Below are positions 1 through 9,982 of a DNA stretch of 64,000 nt, one piece after another. Numbering within the stretch: the first letter of the stretch is position 1; each line of letters starts with the position of its first letter. This DNA is from Chloroflexota bacterium. GTDB taxonomy: Bacteria; Chloroflexota; UBA6077; CF-72. A program made the position numbers and the translations under genes. The notes beneath the pieces were generated by a model. That model was not told the origin of the DNA. It was given only the letters and a program-made list of their open reading frames with translations, and made no database searches. The DNA is taken from assembly GCA_035309865.1 (NCBI GenBank), contig DATGER010000126.1:284-64283 (forward strand), written 5' to 3'.

Positions 1-76
1 TGGCCGACGTTGAGTCGGCGTCGCGTTCCCGAGCGCCCCGCTGCATGGCAGTACCTGGCTCAACGCCCATGGCTGC

Positions 77-454
77 CTAATATACGACTGCCTGGCGGCT
101 GATTCGCTCCGCCGTGTTGTACGCGTCGACCATGCCCCAGATCCACAGCAGCGGCGTCGTCAGCAGACCAATCGCTACAAAGATCAGGCAAAACGACACG
201 AAGTACAGCAGCCCGAAGATCAGACCCTTGCCAATCTCCCCGTTGTAAATCTGGCCAAGGCCACACCACAAAAACGACAACACCGCCGCCAGTCCGGCGC
301 TCTTCTCGGATCGGATGACGATCACGTGTGGACCGGGCGAAGAGATCGTCACTGGCGGCGGTCCGCTGAAGGCACTTCCGCGGGTCGAGCTACCGCACGT
401 GCTGCAGAACTGAGCCGACGCTTCGAGAGTGTTCGCGCATCTTGAGCAGAACAT
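77..454 (-). CDS. Small membrane protein, N-terminal zinc ribbon plus TM2-like domain
   Basis: Internal ATG of track ORF 77..769 (cat at 452-454) with AAGGAG 8 nt upstream. Product starts MFCSRCANTLEASAQFCSTCG (CxxC-x10-CxxC), followed by hydrophobic GLAAVLSFLWCGLGQIYNG...WGMVDAYNTA, typical of TM2 domains. The upstream 105 codons are Arg/Thr-rich and overlap the divergent promoter region. Confidence 0.7.
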   Translation of the reverse strand: MFCSRCANTLEASAQFCSTCGSSTRGSAFSGPPPVTISSPGPHVIVIRSEKSAGLAAVLSFLWCGLGQIYNGEIGKGLIFGLLYFVSFCLIFVAIGLLTTPLLWIWGMVDAYNTAERISRQAVVY

Positions 455-593
455 GGTTGCTTCTCCTTGAGCCGCGAGCGGTAGAGCCGGGTTCACTTCA
501 ACGAGCCTACGTCTCCGCGAACGGGCCGCGGCCACCAACTTCCCACCAAGCGTCGGAGAATCGCCTACCAGCAGGTATGCTCCTAGCTGTCCC

Positions 594-1793
594 ATGCAGG
601 CCGGGGTGCGCGCGCTCGTATTCGTCATGCCGGTTGTTGTGTGCGTCGCCATGCTGGCGCCAGTGGCAGCCGGGACGGCGGCGCAGGGCAACAATCTGGT
701 GCCGGATCCCGACGTGTGGTTGCAGGGCCTGTCGACGAGCGACCGGGTCGCCCAGTTGTTCATGGTCACGTTTTCGGGCTCGACCGCCGCCGATGCTCAA
801 ACGGCGATCGGCGACCTGCACGTTGGCGCCATCGTGCTGCTCGCCAACGCCGTGGATGCACCGGACGTGACACGACTCACGCAGGCGTTGCAGGACCTGG
901 CTCAGGTAGACGGCGTGTTGCCGCTACTGATTGCCAACAACCATGAAGGGGGCAGCGTCCAACCGATTCGGGGGCAGGTGAGCTCGCTGGGCTCCAACTG
1001 GGAGGTTGGTCAAATTCAGCCCCTCTCAGATGCAGTCGCCGCGGCGTGCGTGCGCGGCGCGACACACGGGCGAGAGTTGGCCGCAATGGGGATCAATACG
1101 GACCTCGCGCCGGTTCTGGATGTCCTCGACAATCCGAACAACACCGTCATTGGAGATCGGGCGTACAGCAGTGATCCGCAGGTCGTCGCGAGCCTCGGGT
1201 CGGCGTATATCGAAGCCATGCAGGCCCAGGGCGTGCTGGCGGTGGGCAAGCACTTCCCGGGCCACGGCAGTACCAGCGAAGACTCGCACCTGACGCTTCC
1301 GTTTGACACGCACTCGCGGAGCGTGATCGAAGCCCGCGAGTTGTTGCCATTTCGGGCCGCACTCCAGGCGAATGTGACGGGCATCCTCGTCGCGCACGTC
1401 AACTACCCGGCGCTGGACCTCTTCCCGTCGCGGCCGGCCAGCCTGTCGCCGGCGATCGTCACCGACCTACTCAGAGGTGAACTTGGGTTCGATGGTCTGG
1501 TGATGACGGATGACCTGGGGCTCATGCGAGCGATCACCGATCGGTTCGAGACCGGGGACGCCGCCGTACAGGCGGTGTTGGCTGGAGCGGACATGCTTAT
1601 CGTGGTGGGTTCCGCGGGCAGCCAGCGGCGGGCGGTCCAGGCGGTCGCCGATGCGGTCGACCAGGGAACGATCAGCGCTGACCGGCTCCGGTCGGCCGCG
1701 CGGCACGTGCTGATGGCCAAGCAGCGGGCTGGCCTGTTGGGCAGTCCACGTCGCGGCATGGCCACCGCCACCCCAGTCTGCTCGGCCGGTTGA
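594..1793 (+). CDS. Secreted glycoside hydrolase family 3 (beta-N-acetylhexosaminidase, NagZ-like)
   Basis: Signal-peptide-like N-terminus. GH3 N-domain motifs KHFPGHG and GFDGLVMTDDL. Confidence 0.85.
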   Translation: MQAGVRALVFVMPVVVCVAMLAPVAAGTAAQGNNLVPDPDVWLQGLSTSDRVAQLFMVTFSGSTAADAQTAIGDLHVGAIVLLANAVDAPDVTRLTQALQDLAQVDGVLPLLIANNHEGGSVQPIRGQVSSLGSNWEVGQIQPLSDAVAAACVRGATHGRELAAMGINTDLAPVLDVLDNPNNTVIGDRAYSSDPQVVASLGSAYIEAMQAQGVLAVGKHFPGHGSTSEDSHLTLPFDTHSRSVIEARELLPFRAALQANVTGILVAHVNYPALDLFPSRPASLSPAIVTDLLRGELGFDGLVMTDDLGLMRAITDRFETGDAAVQAVLAGADMLIVVGSAGSQRRAVQAVADAVDQGTISADRLRSAARHVLMAKQRAGLLGSPRRGMATATPVCSAG

Positions 1794-1795
1794 GT

Positions 1796-3781
1796 CTACT
1801 GGATCTGCTTGATGTTGGATCGGTCAACCCGCCAGGTCCCACCGACCAGGACGAGGTCCCAGGTCCCCTGGTAGGCCTGATCGACGCCGCTGTCGGCTGA
1901 CGTCACGGTGAAACTCACCGTGGCGGAGGATCCGGAGCTGGCGATAGTTTGGGCGGTCGGCACCTGGACGTTGCTGGTGCCTGCGTATCCATCGGCCCAG
2001 CGCTGAAAGTTCAGCGAGCCCTGCAGGCGGGGGCTCATCAGTGCCCAGGCGGCGTTAAAGTCATGCCGGTCGAGGGCCGCGTAATAGTCTCGCACGGCGG
2101 TCTGCGGATCCGACTGCGCCGCCGGAGCCGGGGCTGGTGGAGCGGGGCGCGGTGTGGGCACGACTGGCGCGGGGCTCACGACGCGCAGAACGTCGAGCTC
2201 CTGTTTAAGGTCGAAGTTTTCGCCGCTCGGACTGAAGATTCCCCAGGCCACGTCATACGCACCGTCAGCCAGACCCACCGGCACGCGGAAAACGCGGGTA
2301 AAGATTCCGCGACCGGGCAGCACTCGCACCGTCACGTCGTCGGCGGGGTCGTCCATCCACCGCGAATCTCCACTGCGGCGAATCGATGCCCCGAGCACGG
2401 TTGTCACCGGGGAACTACCGGAGTTGCCCAGGTCGAACGACAGCGTGATCTGATTGCCTGGCTGGACCTGTTGCGGCGAAACGGTGTACCCGAAGACCGC
2501 TGGGATCGCTGGTATCGGTGTTGCGCTCGCCTGCGCGGTCGCCGTCGGCTGCACGGGAGTGCGCACCGCAGTGGCCGGCACCACTGTGGGCGGCGCGACC
2601 ACGGGCGCAGGGACCTGAGTGGGAATCAGCGTGGGCACCGCCGTGGCTGGCTCACCAGGTGCTCCCACCTGAGGGGTGGGTTGAGCCGTCACCTGCACGC
2701 CACTGACGAGCTCCGGGCCGGATCTGTGGCTGAATGCAAACGCCGCGGCGGCCACAACCGCCACCACCACGGCCAGGCCCATCAATGCGCCGATCAATAG
2801 TGCTGGCCGAGACAACCTCTCCGCCACCGGGATGTTGGCCGTTGATGGCTGGGTCGGCAGCTCGTGCAGCACGGTGGGCGCACTGCTCGGCTGAGTCGAT
2901 CCTGAACCTGGCCCGATTTGACTGCCGTTCGACCAGCTGCCGAGGGCTTTGACGAACGCGCCGGCCGAGTCAAATCGATCCGCGGGATCCTTGGCCAGCA
3001 TGATCTGGAGTGCGTCGTCGACGCCGTCCGGCAAATCCGCGCGAAGCGACCTGATGGAGGGAGGCGGCTCGTAGATCTGCTGGTGCAGAATCGCCACGTC
3101 TGTCGTGGCGCTGAACGGGACTCGGCCGGCGAGGAGCTCGAAGGCCACCACGCCCAGGGCGTAGAGGTCGGTGCGATAGTCGACCGTTTGATTTGGCTGC
3201 GCCTGTTCTGGAGACATGTACGCTGCCGAACCGGCGACGACGCCGATGCGCGTCAGGCGGGTCGCCACGTCGTTGGCCTGGGCGATGCCAAAGTCGGCCA
3301 GACTGACCCGGTCATTGGGGTCCAGCAGGACATTGGCCGGCTTCAGGTCGCGATGGACGACCCCTTGCGCGTGCGCATAGTCAAGCGCGTCCGCGATCTG
3401 TCCGAGGAGGAGCGTCGCCCGCCGCATCGACATCGGCCCGCTCCGATGCATCAACTCCAACAGGGTCCCGTCAGGTACGTAGCGCATCGCGATGTAGTAC
3501 GTGCCCTCGGCCTGGCCAACCTCATAGATCGGCACGACGTACGGGTGCGACAGGCGCGCCTGGTAGCGGGCCTCATTCTGGAATCGCTGGACGAAGGCAG
3601 GGTCGGCGGCCAGGTCGGCGCGGAGGACCTTGATCGCCACCCAGCGATCCAGACTGGGCTGCCAGGCGCGGAACACGCTGGCCATGCCGCCCCGGCCGAG
3701 CAACTCGACCAGCTCGTATTGCCCCAGCCGCTGCCCCTGGGTGCCCGTCTCGCCGCCAGTCGTCCGCGTGTGACTATCCAT
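1796..3781 (-). CDS. Transmembrane Ser/Thr protein kinase with Pro-rich linkers and extracellular Ig-like plus NTF2-like C-terminal region
   Basis: Hanks kinase motifs LGRGGMASVF, VAIK, HRDLKPANVLL, DFGIA, SPEQ. One TM segment (LLIGALMGLAVVVAVVAAAAFAF). Start set at the ATG at 3781 (MDSHTRT); the upstream extension of the track ORF looks noncoding. Confidence 0.9.
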   Translation of the reverse strand: MDSHTRTTGGETGTQGQRLGQYELVELLGRGGMASVFRAWQPSLDRWVAIKVLRADLAADPAFVQRFQNEARYQARLSHPYVVPIYEVGQAEGTYYIAMRYVPDGTLLELMHRSGPMSMRRATLLLGQIADALDYAHAQGVVHRDLKPANVLLDPNDRVSLADFGIAQANDVATRLTRIGVVAGSAAYMSPEQAQPNQTVDYRTDLYALGVVAFELLAGRVPFSATTDVAILHQQIYEPPPSIRSLRADLPDGVDDALQIMLAKDPADRFDSAGAFVKALGSWSNGSQIGPGSGSTQPSSAPTVLHELPTQPSTANIPVAERLSRPALLIGALMGLAVVVAVVAAAAFAFSHRSGPELVSGVQVTAQPTPQVGAPGEPATAVPTLIPTQVPAPVVAPPTVVPATAVRTPVQPTATAQASATPIPAIPAVFGYTVSPQQVQPGNQITLSFDLGNSGSSPVTTVLGASIRRSGDSRWMDDPADDVTVRVLPGRGIFTRVFRVPVGLADGAYDVAWGIFSPSGENFDLKQELDVLRVVSPAPVVPTPRPAPPAPAPAAQSDPQTAVRDYYAALDRHDFNAAWALMSPRLQGSLNFQRWADGYAGTSNVQVPTAQTIASSGSSATVSFTVTSADSGVDQAYQGTWDLVLVGGTWRVDRSNIKQIQ

Positions 3782-4014
3782 CGCAGGCCGGGCCGCCTCC
3801 TCAGTTGACCCGCAGGGTACATCTTCACCCGCCGATGGACGATGCCAGCGAAGCGCAGGCTGGTTGTAAGTCCGTTGCACAACTGGATGGCGGGCTTTAC
3901 AAACGGCGACGGTTGGATGTGTGTGCAATCCATTGCCACGCGATAGCCGACACGTGGGATAGCTGCGCCCGGCCGGTCATACGCTCCTCCCATTCAGCTC
4001 ATTGGGAGGGCGTC

Positions 4015-4569
4015 ATGTCTCAGGTGCTCACGTCGCAGGTGTGCTCGCGTTGCCTGGTCTCGAATGGTCCAGAGGCCGCGTTTTGCTTGAATTGCGGTGC
4101 GGGGTTAGGAGACCGCCGCGCCGTTGACGCTCGCTCCCACGCCCAGACCGTTGTGGTCCTCCAGCAAGACTCTGGCCCGGGCTTTGTGGTGCGGGCGCTG
4201 TGGTTCGTCTTCTTCGGCTGGTGGCTGGCTTTCTGGTGGATCGGCCTGGCCTGGCTCCTCAACCTGACACTGATCGGACTGCCGCTCGGACTGATGATGA
4301 TCAACCGCGTGCCGCAAGTGCTCACGCTGCATACGTCCAGGAGGCACGTTACCGTCACCAACCGCGGGGGTGTCACGGTTGTCTCAAACAGCGACGCGCC
4401 GCAGTTGCCACTCTGGATGCGCGGACTCTACTTCCTCCTGATCGGTTTCTGGGTGTCGGGTCTGTACGCGATCCTGGCCTGGTTGCTCTGCGTGGCGATC
4501 ATCACGCTGCCGCTGGGGCTGCTCATGTTCAACTTTCTGCCATTTATCACCACGTTGCGGCGCAACTGA
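4015..4569 (+). CDS. Membrane protein, N-terminal zinc ribbon plus two YccF-like inner-membrane-component repeats
   Basis: ATG at 4015 with GGGAGG 5 nt upstream. CSRCLVSNGPEAAFCLNCG motif, then two repeats of the WW..GLPLGL type (FFGWWLAFWWIGLAWLLNLTLIGLPLGL and IGFWVSGLYAILAWLLCVAIITLPLGL). Confidence 0.7.
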   Translation: MSQVLTSQVCSRCLVSNGPEAAFCLNCGAGLGDRRAVDARSHAQTVVVLQQDSGPGFVVRALWFVFFGWWLAFWWIGLAWLLNLTLIGLPLGLMMINRVPQVLTLHTSRRHVTVTNRGGVTVVSNSDAPQLPLWMRGLYFLLIGFWVSGLYAILAWLLCVAIITLPLGLLMFNFLPFITTLRRN

Positions 4570-4649
4570 GTTGCGCAGCGCGCGGCGACGGGCCCCGCGG
4601 CCCGGCGTGGCGCGTGTCTTGCGGCCTCGCCTGGCTGAGCAGCCAGTTG

Positions 4650-6158
4650 ATGATTCTGCAGACGCGCGCATCCGTGGCCGGGGACCGGTTGGGCACGCTC
4701 GTGCTCGGCGTGCTGTTGGCCGCGGCGGCGCTGAATATCGGGCTGGCCCTGGTCGTCATCAACCGACCCGACGAGGTGCGCTATGGGGAGGCGATCCTGT
4801 ACGAGCACGCCGGCCGCTTGCTGCGCGGCGAGGCGCTGTACCAGCCGCTCAATACCCCGCCCTATACCGTGGCGGCCTACACTCCGCTGTACTACGGCCT
4901 GGTCGCGGGGTTGCGGGCGGTGCTGGGGCCGGGATTCTGGCCGGGACGCCTGCTGTCGTTCGGCGCCGGCCTGGTCGCCACCGCGCTGGTCTGCCAGCTG
5001 ACCTGGCGCCGCACACATCATCGACGGCCCACGCTCGGTGCCGGGCTGTTGTTCCTCGGGCTAGGCCTGGTCGGCCCGATCCCATGGACGGCGGCGTATA
5101 AAGAAGACGTCCTGGGCGTTGCCCTCGCCCTGGGGGCCGTCGCCGTGCTGGACGGCGGCGTGAGTCGCGGTCGAGTCGTGACCTCGGCCCTCCTTGCGGC
5201 GCTGGCCATTCTCACCAAGCAAACGCTGCTTGGTCCGGCGGTCATCGGCACGCTCTGGCTGGGGTTCCGGCAGCCGCGATTGGCGGCGCTGTATGCCGCC
5301 GTCGCGTTCGGTCCGGTGCTCGGTGTCGCGGTCATACTGGAGTTGACCACGCACGCCTTCATCGCGAACACCGTGCTGGCCAATGTCAACCCCTTCGGGC
5401 TGGACGTGCTGCGCTACAACCTGGTCGTCTTCGCGCTGTTCCAGACCGGCCCGCTCCTGGTGCTGGTGTCGTACCTGCTGCCCCGCCTACGGCCACGCAG
5501 TATCGTGAATGACCTCCTGATCGGGGCCTGGGTTGTGTCGCTGGTGCCCATGCTTGGACTGGCCAAAGAGGGCGCCGACGACAACTACTGGCAGTTGTTC
5601 GCAGCGTTCAGCGCCGTGTTGGTGATGCTGGCGCTTTGGGAGCGCCGCGGGCGCCTCAGCGGCGCGCTCTCGAGCTTTGCCGTGGGCCTCAACGTGGCGC
5701 TGGCGCTGATGCTCCTGAGCTCGGTCGCGGTCAACGAACCCGGCCAGGTCCACCCCAGCCCGGCGGCCGACGGAGCTTTCGAACATCTTGTCGCGCTTGC
5801 CCGCGCAGCCCCGGGTGCCGTGCTCGCGGACCCGCTGGACATGCCGGTGCTCGCGGACCGGCCAATTGTGCTCGAGCCAGTGATCTACAAGCTGCTGTAC
5901 CAGGTCGGCCTGTGGGACGCTGCACCGCTCGTGCAGCGCGTGTGCAACGGAGAAGTCGCCTTGCTGGTCCTGCGGTACCCGCTCGGCTCGGGCACAGGGT
6001 TGGACGTCGCGGCCGACGCGGACCACCAGTGGCCGGGGCCGGTGCTCGATGCGTTGCGCCGCACCTTCGTGCTGCAAGAAGTCGTCGCCGCCGGTGGTGG
6101 CCAGCGCTTCGTCTACGTGCCGGATGCAACCCGCGCCGCCTGCAGTGACCGCGCGTGA
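4650..6158 (+). CDS. Polytopic membrane protein, GT-C fold glycosyltransferase-like (ArnT/PMT_2-like)
   Basis: ATG at 4650 follows the stop of the preceding gene. About 12 predicted hydrophobic helices, with a first-loop acidic/aromatic region (RPDEVRYGEAILYEHAGRLL). The 5' part of track ORF 4200..6158 overlaps the YccF-like gene in another frame and was trimmed. Confidence 0.55.
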   Translation: MILQTRASVAGDRLGTLVLGVLLAAAALNIGLALVVINRPDEVRYGEAILYEHAGRLLRGEALYQPLNTPPYTVAAYTPLYYGLVAGLRAVLGPGFWPGRLLSFGAGLVATALVCQLTWRRTHHRRPTLGAGLLFLGLGLVGPIPWTAAYKEDVLGVALALGAVAVLDGGVSRGRVVTSALLAALAILTKQTLLGPAVIGTLWLGFRQPRLAALYAAVAFGPVLGVAVILELTTHAFIANTVLANVNPFGLDVLRYNLVVFALFQTGPLLVLVSYLLPRLRPRSIVNDLLIGAWVVSLVPMLGLAKEGADDNYWQLFAAFSAVLVMLALWERRGRLSGALSSFAVGLNVALALMLLSSVAVNEPGQVHPSPAADGAFEHLVALARAAPGAVLADPLDMPVLADRPIVLEPVIYKLLYQVGLWDAAPLVQRVCNGEVALLVLRYPLGSGTGLDVAADADHQWPGPVLDALRRTFVLQEVVAAGGGQRFVYVPDATRAACSDRA

Positions 6159-7417
6159 TCGGCTTCGTCCGCCGGTTGCCGGTCGCACGCGGGGCGCTGC
6201 TGCTCACGTGGATGCTGATGCTGCCCATTGGCGGCTTCGGCGTTGCCCAGATCGTCAGCACTACGGTCCGACAACTCAGCGGTCCAGCCGAAATGGTCGA
6301 CTTCGTGGCCTTCTACACCGCCGGCCGGCTGCTCGTGGACGACCCGCGGCACCTCTACGACACCACCACCGAGACGGACCTGCAGACGGTCCTGCACGCC
6401 GAACCCAAACTTGTGCTGCAGTTCTGGAACCCGCCGCACACCGCGCTGCTCCTGCTGCCGCTGGCCTTCCTGCCGTTCGGGGCGGCCTACCTCCTGATGC
6501 TGATCGCCAACCTCACGTGTCTGGTGGGAGCGTGTGTGCTGCTGGCGCCGCGGCCAGGTCGCGCCTGGCACTGGCTGCTCTGGGTGCTGGTGGTGCCGAT
6601 GTTCCTGCCGGTGCAGCTCGGCGTGATCATGGGCCAGCTGTCGTGTGTGCTGCTGTTTGGCTTCGCCGTGTTCGTCCGGCTGTGGACGCGGGGCGGTGCG
6701 CTCCGGTCGGCGATGGCGCTGCTGGCCTGGACCACCAAGCCGCAGCTCGTGCCGGTGCTGCTGCTGTCGCTGGGCTGCGCCCGCCGGTGGCGCACCCTCG
6801 TGCTCGTGTGCGCGCTGCCGGTGCTGTTGACGCTGCCCGTCGTGCTGGTCGGCGGCCCGTCCGTGGTGCTGGACTACATCGACCTTGGCCACGGTGCGAG
6901 TTCGGCCATCCTGACCGGCGAAGGGCTCCATCTCGACTCGGGCCACAGCTTGCTGGGCCTGACCCAGTGGCTGTTCGGGCCGGGCTGGCCTTCGAGCGGC
7001 CTGACCGCGTTCGGCACCCTCGGCGTGTTCGTGCTACTCGGCAGCATGTGGCGCGGCGGCCTCCACACCGACGCACGGCGACACCTCCAGCTCGCCCTGT
7101 TGCCGCTGGCCGCGGTGCTCTGCTCGCCGCATGTGCTGGCGTACGATGCGGCGACCTGGTTGGCCAGCGCGTGGCTGCTGCTGACCTTCGCGCGTGAGGT
7201 GCCCTCAGCGCGCCGAGGCGTGCTGGTGCTGCTGCTGGTTGGATGGTGGGGTGGCAACCTGGCCGCCTTTCCCAACGTGAACGCCGTCGCGCCATGGGGA
7301 GCATTTACCGCCATCTTCGGCCTGGCGGGGATGGGCTGGCTGTACCGCCGAGCCGCGCCTCGAGCGGCGATCACGGCGATCGACCGACGCGAGCGAGCCT
7401 ATCCCCGCGTTGCGTAA
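6155..7417 (+). CDS. DUF2029 / GT87-like membrane glycosyltransferase
   Basis: GTG start overlaps the upstream TGA (GTGA at 6155-6158). Family-typical N-terminal motif MVDFVAFYTAGRLLVDDPRHLYD. Polytopic. Confidence 0.65.
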   Translation: MIGFVRRLPVARGALLLTWMLMLPIGGFGVAQIVSTTVRQLSGPAEMVDFVAFYTAGRLLVDDPRHLYDTTTETDLQTVLHAEPKLVLQFWNPPHTALLLLPLAFLPFGAAYLLMLIANLTCLVGACVLLAPRPGRAWHWLLWVLVVPMFLPVQLGVIMGQLSCVLLFGFAVFVRLWTRGGALRSAMALLAWTTKPQLVPVLLLSLGCARRWRTLVLVCALPVLLTLPVVLVGGPSVVLDYIDLGHGASSAILTGEGLHLDSGHSLLGLTQWLFGPGWPSSGLTAFGTLGVFVLLGSMWRGGLHTDARRHLQLALLPLAAVLCSPHVLAYDAATWLASAWLLLTFAREVPSARRGVLVLLLVGWWGGNLAAFPNVNAVAPWGAFTAIFGLAGMGWLYRRAAPRAAITAIDRRERAYPRVA

Positions 7418-7452
7418 CCTATCCCCGCCTGAGAGGGGTAGAACAACAACGC

Positions 7453-8829
7453 ATGGATAAAGTGTTTCCGTCCCCAGAGGCGGCGCTGGCCGACCTGCAG
7501 GACGGCGCGTCGATCGCGGTCTCGGGATTCGGAACGAGCTATGGCTTCGCGTGCAGCCTCCTGGTCGCGGCCCGAGACAAGGGCGTCAAGAATTTGACCC
7601 TGGTCAGCAATGGACTGGGCGCCGTCGGCCAGCTCCGGGGCATGCTGCTGGTGGCCAGTGGCCAGTGCAAACGGTTGATCGTGTCGTTCTCGTCGCGACC
7701 GGGTATGCGCACTCCGGCAGACGACCTGATCGAGTCCGGCGACATTGAGGTCGAGCTGGTGCCGCAAGGCACGCTGGTCGAGCGCATGCGCGCGGCAGGC
7801 GCGGGCATTCCAGCCTTCTACACGCCCACCGGGGTGGGGACATCGATTGCCGAAGGCAAAGAGGTGCGCATCTTCAACGGCCGGCCGCATATTCTCGAAC
7901 AGGCCCTGCCGGTCGACTACGCGCTGCTGCGTGGGTATCGGGCCGATCCGCTGGGGAACGTCGAGCTGCGGGGCAGCAGCCGCAACTTCGTGCCGGCGTT
8001 TGCGAAGGCCGCCCGGGTCGCCATCGTGGAGGTGGACGAGATCGTCGGCGTAGGCGAGATACCCGCCGAACGGGTCGGCCTGCCCGGCATTCTGGTGACG
8101 CGGGTGGTCAAGAAGACCGTCGAACCTGACCAGGCTCGGCTCGCGCCGCGCCGGGCCGCCGACCGCCCGCGCGAGTACAACGGCAAAGCCGGCTGGTCGC
8201 GCAGCGAGATGGGCCGCCGTACCGCGGCATTGCTGGCCGAGGGTAGCTACGTCAACCTCGGGACCGGGATCCCGACCCTGGTGTCCAACTACATCGAAGG
8301 TCGGGACATTACGCTGCACGGCGAAAACGGCATCCTGGGCTACGGCGGCATGGTCGAGGGCGACCAGATCGACCACGACGTGTTCAATGCGTCCGGGCAG
8401 TTCGTGTCGGCGTTGCCCGGGGCGTCGTTCTTCGACAGCGTCGCCTCATTCGAAATGGCCCGCAGCGGCAAGCTCCAGGCCGTTGTGCTGGGCGCCTATC
8501 AAGTGGATCAGGCAGGCAACCTGGCCAACTACAGTCTGGGCGATCCACGGCTCGGGGGGATCGGCGGCGCCATGGACCTGGTCGCCGGCAAGCAGACGCT
8601 CATCGTCATGATGGAGCACCGCGACAGCCAGGATCGACCGAAGCTCGTGCAGCGGACCTCGTACCCGATCACCGGCGTGGCCTGCGTGGACGTGGTCGTG
8701 ACCGACCTGGCGATCCTGCGTCGGGTGGATGGTGATTTTGTCATCGAGGAGGTCGCCGACGGTTTTTCGGCCGAGGAGATCCAGGGCCTCACAGACATGC
8801 CGGTGAAGATTGCCGCGGGGGTGAAATGA
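7453..8829 (+). CDS. 3-oxoacid/acyl CoA-transferase, fused A and B subunits
   Basis: ATG at 7453 (MDKVFPSPEAALADLQDGASIAVSGFG). The subunit-B half carries the catalytic-Glu motif GENGILGYG. Length of 458 aa equals A plus B. Confidence 0.85.
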   Translation: MDKVFPSPEAALADLQDGASIAVSGFGTSYGFACSLLVAARDKGVKNLTLVSNGLGAVGQLRGMLLVASGQCKRLIVSFSSRPGMRTPADDLIESGDIEVELVPQGTLVERMRAAGAGIPAFYTPTGVGTSIAEGKEVRIFNGRPHILEQALPVDYALLRGYRADPLGNVELRGSSRNFVPAFAKAARVAIVEVDEIVGVGEIPAERVGLPGILVTRVVKKTVEPDQARLAPRRAADRPREYNGKAGWSRSEMGRRTAALLAEGSYVNLGTGIPTLVSNYIEGRDITLHGENGILGYGGMVEGDQIDHDVFNASGQFVSALPGASFFDSVASFEMARSGKLQAVVLGAYQVDQAGNLANYSLGDPRLGGIGGAMDLVAGKQTLIVMMEHRDSQDRPKLVQRTSYPITGVACVDVVVTDLAILRRVDGDFVIEEVADGFSAEEIQGLTDMPVKIAAGVK

Positions 8830-9980
8830 GTATCAAGGGCAAAGCATTTATCGTCGGTGCGTACGAGCACCCGGATCGTGTCATCCCGGATCGGTCGACG
8901 GCCCAGGTACACGCGGAGATTACGTCCGGGGCGCTCGCCGACGCGGGGCTGAAGCTGGACGACATCGACGGCTTCTTCTGCACCGGTGGCGTCGGCATGG
9001 TGCCGGTGGCGATGGCCGAGTATCTCGGCCTCAACAAGCTGGCGTATCTCGACGGGACGATGGTCGGCGGCTCCTCGCCGGTGTATCAGATCGGCCACGC
9101 GGCGGCGGCCATCGCGACTGGCAAGTGCACGGTCGCCCTGGTGACGCTGGCGAACCGTCCGCGTAGTGAGCAGCAGGCCCGATCGGTCAACACCAGCCCC
9201 GAGTCGTCGTTTGAGCTGGTCTATGGCAGCAGCACGCTCGGGATGTACGCCCTCGCCGCGCAGCGCCACATGTACGAGTACGGCACCACCAGCGAACAAC
9301 TGGCGTGGGTCAAAGTGGCGTTCTCGGAGCATGCCCAGTACAACCCGCATGCGCTGCTGCGCAAGCCGGTCACCGTCGAGGACGTGTTGAACTCACCGAT
9401 GCTCAGCGATCCGCTGCATCGCCTCGACAGCTGCGTGGTGACCGATGGCGGTGGCGCGGTCATCGTCGCGAGTCCAGAAGTCGCCCGCCAGAGTCCCCGC
9501 CCAAGGGTCAAGATCATGGGCCAGGGCGAAGCGCCCAAGCACACCAACAATGGCCACATCGACCTGACGTATACCGGCGCCCGGTGGTCCGGTCCGCGGG
9601 CCTTCGCGGAGGCGGGCGTCACACCTGGTGACATCGACTACGCGTCGATTTACGACTCGTTCACCATCACCGTCGTCGAGACCCTCGAGGATCTGGGTTT
9701 TTGCGAGAAGGGGAAGGGTGGTCAATTTGTGCAGGACGGTGGGCTGCGCGCCCGCGGTGGTAAGTTGCCCGTCAATACCGACGGGGGCGGCTTGTGCAAC
9801 AACCATCCTGGCATGGGCGGGATGATGAAAATCCTCGAAGGCGTGCGACAGGTCCGCGGCGAGGCCCAGCCGGAGGTCCAGGTGCCCGACTGCAACCTGG
9901 TGCTGGTGCACGGCACGGGTGGGTCGCTGGGCACGCGGATGGCGAGTGCCACGCTGATTCTGGGAACGGAGGACGCTTAG
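8826..9980 (+). CDS. Thiolase-like protein (SCP2/nsLTP-type thiolase)
   Basis: ATGA overlap with the CoA-transferase stop. C-terminal VNTDGGGLCNNHPGMGG motif. Immediately followed by a DUF35 gene, the usual partner. Confidence 0.85.
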   Translation: MSIKGKAFIVGAYEHPDRVIPDRSTAQVHAEITSGALADAGLKLDDIDGFFCTGGVGMVPVAMAEYLGLNKLAYLDGTMVGGSSPVYQIGHAAAAIATGKCTVALVTLANRPRSEQQARSVNTSPESSFELVYGSSTLGMYALAAQRHMYEYGTTSEQLAWVKVAFSEHAQYNPHALLRKPVTVEDVLNSPMLSDPLHRLDSCVVTDGGGAVIVASPEVARQSPRPRVKIMGQGEAPKHTNNGHIDLTYTGARWSGPRAFAEAGVTPGDIDYASIYDSFTITVVETLEDLGFCEKGKGGQFVQDGGLRARGGKLPVNTDGGGLCNNHPGMGGMMKILEGVRQVRGEAQPEVQVPDCNLVLVHGTGGSLGTRMASATLILGTEDA

Positions 9981-9982
9981 AA

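Noticed and set aside
4200-4649. 5' extension of track ORF 4200..6158. The same issue applies to the 5' extensions of ORFs 77..769, 1796..3928, 3805..4569, 7243..8829, 9794..10408, 36818..37534, 43568..45091, 44806..46944, 59061..60437 and 61410..62717
   Set aside because: The extensions overlap neighbouring genes or promoter regions and have non-genic composition. In-frame internal starts with Shine-Dalgarno motifs give products whose N-termini match the family or signal-peptide expectation.
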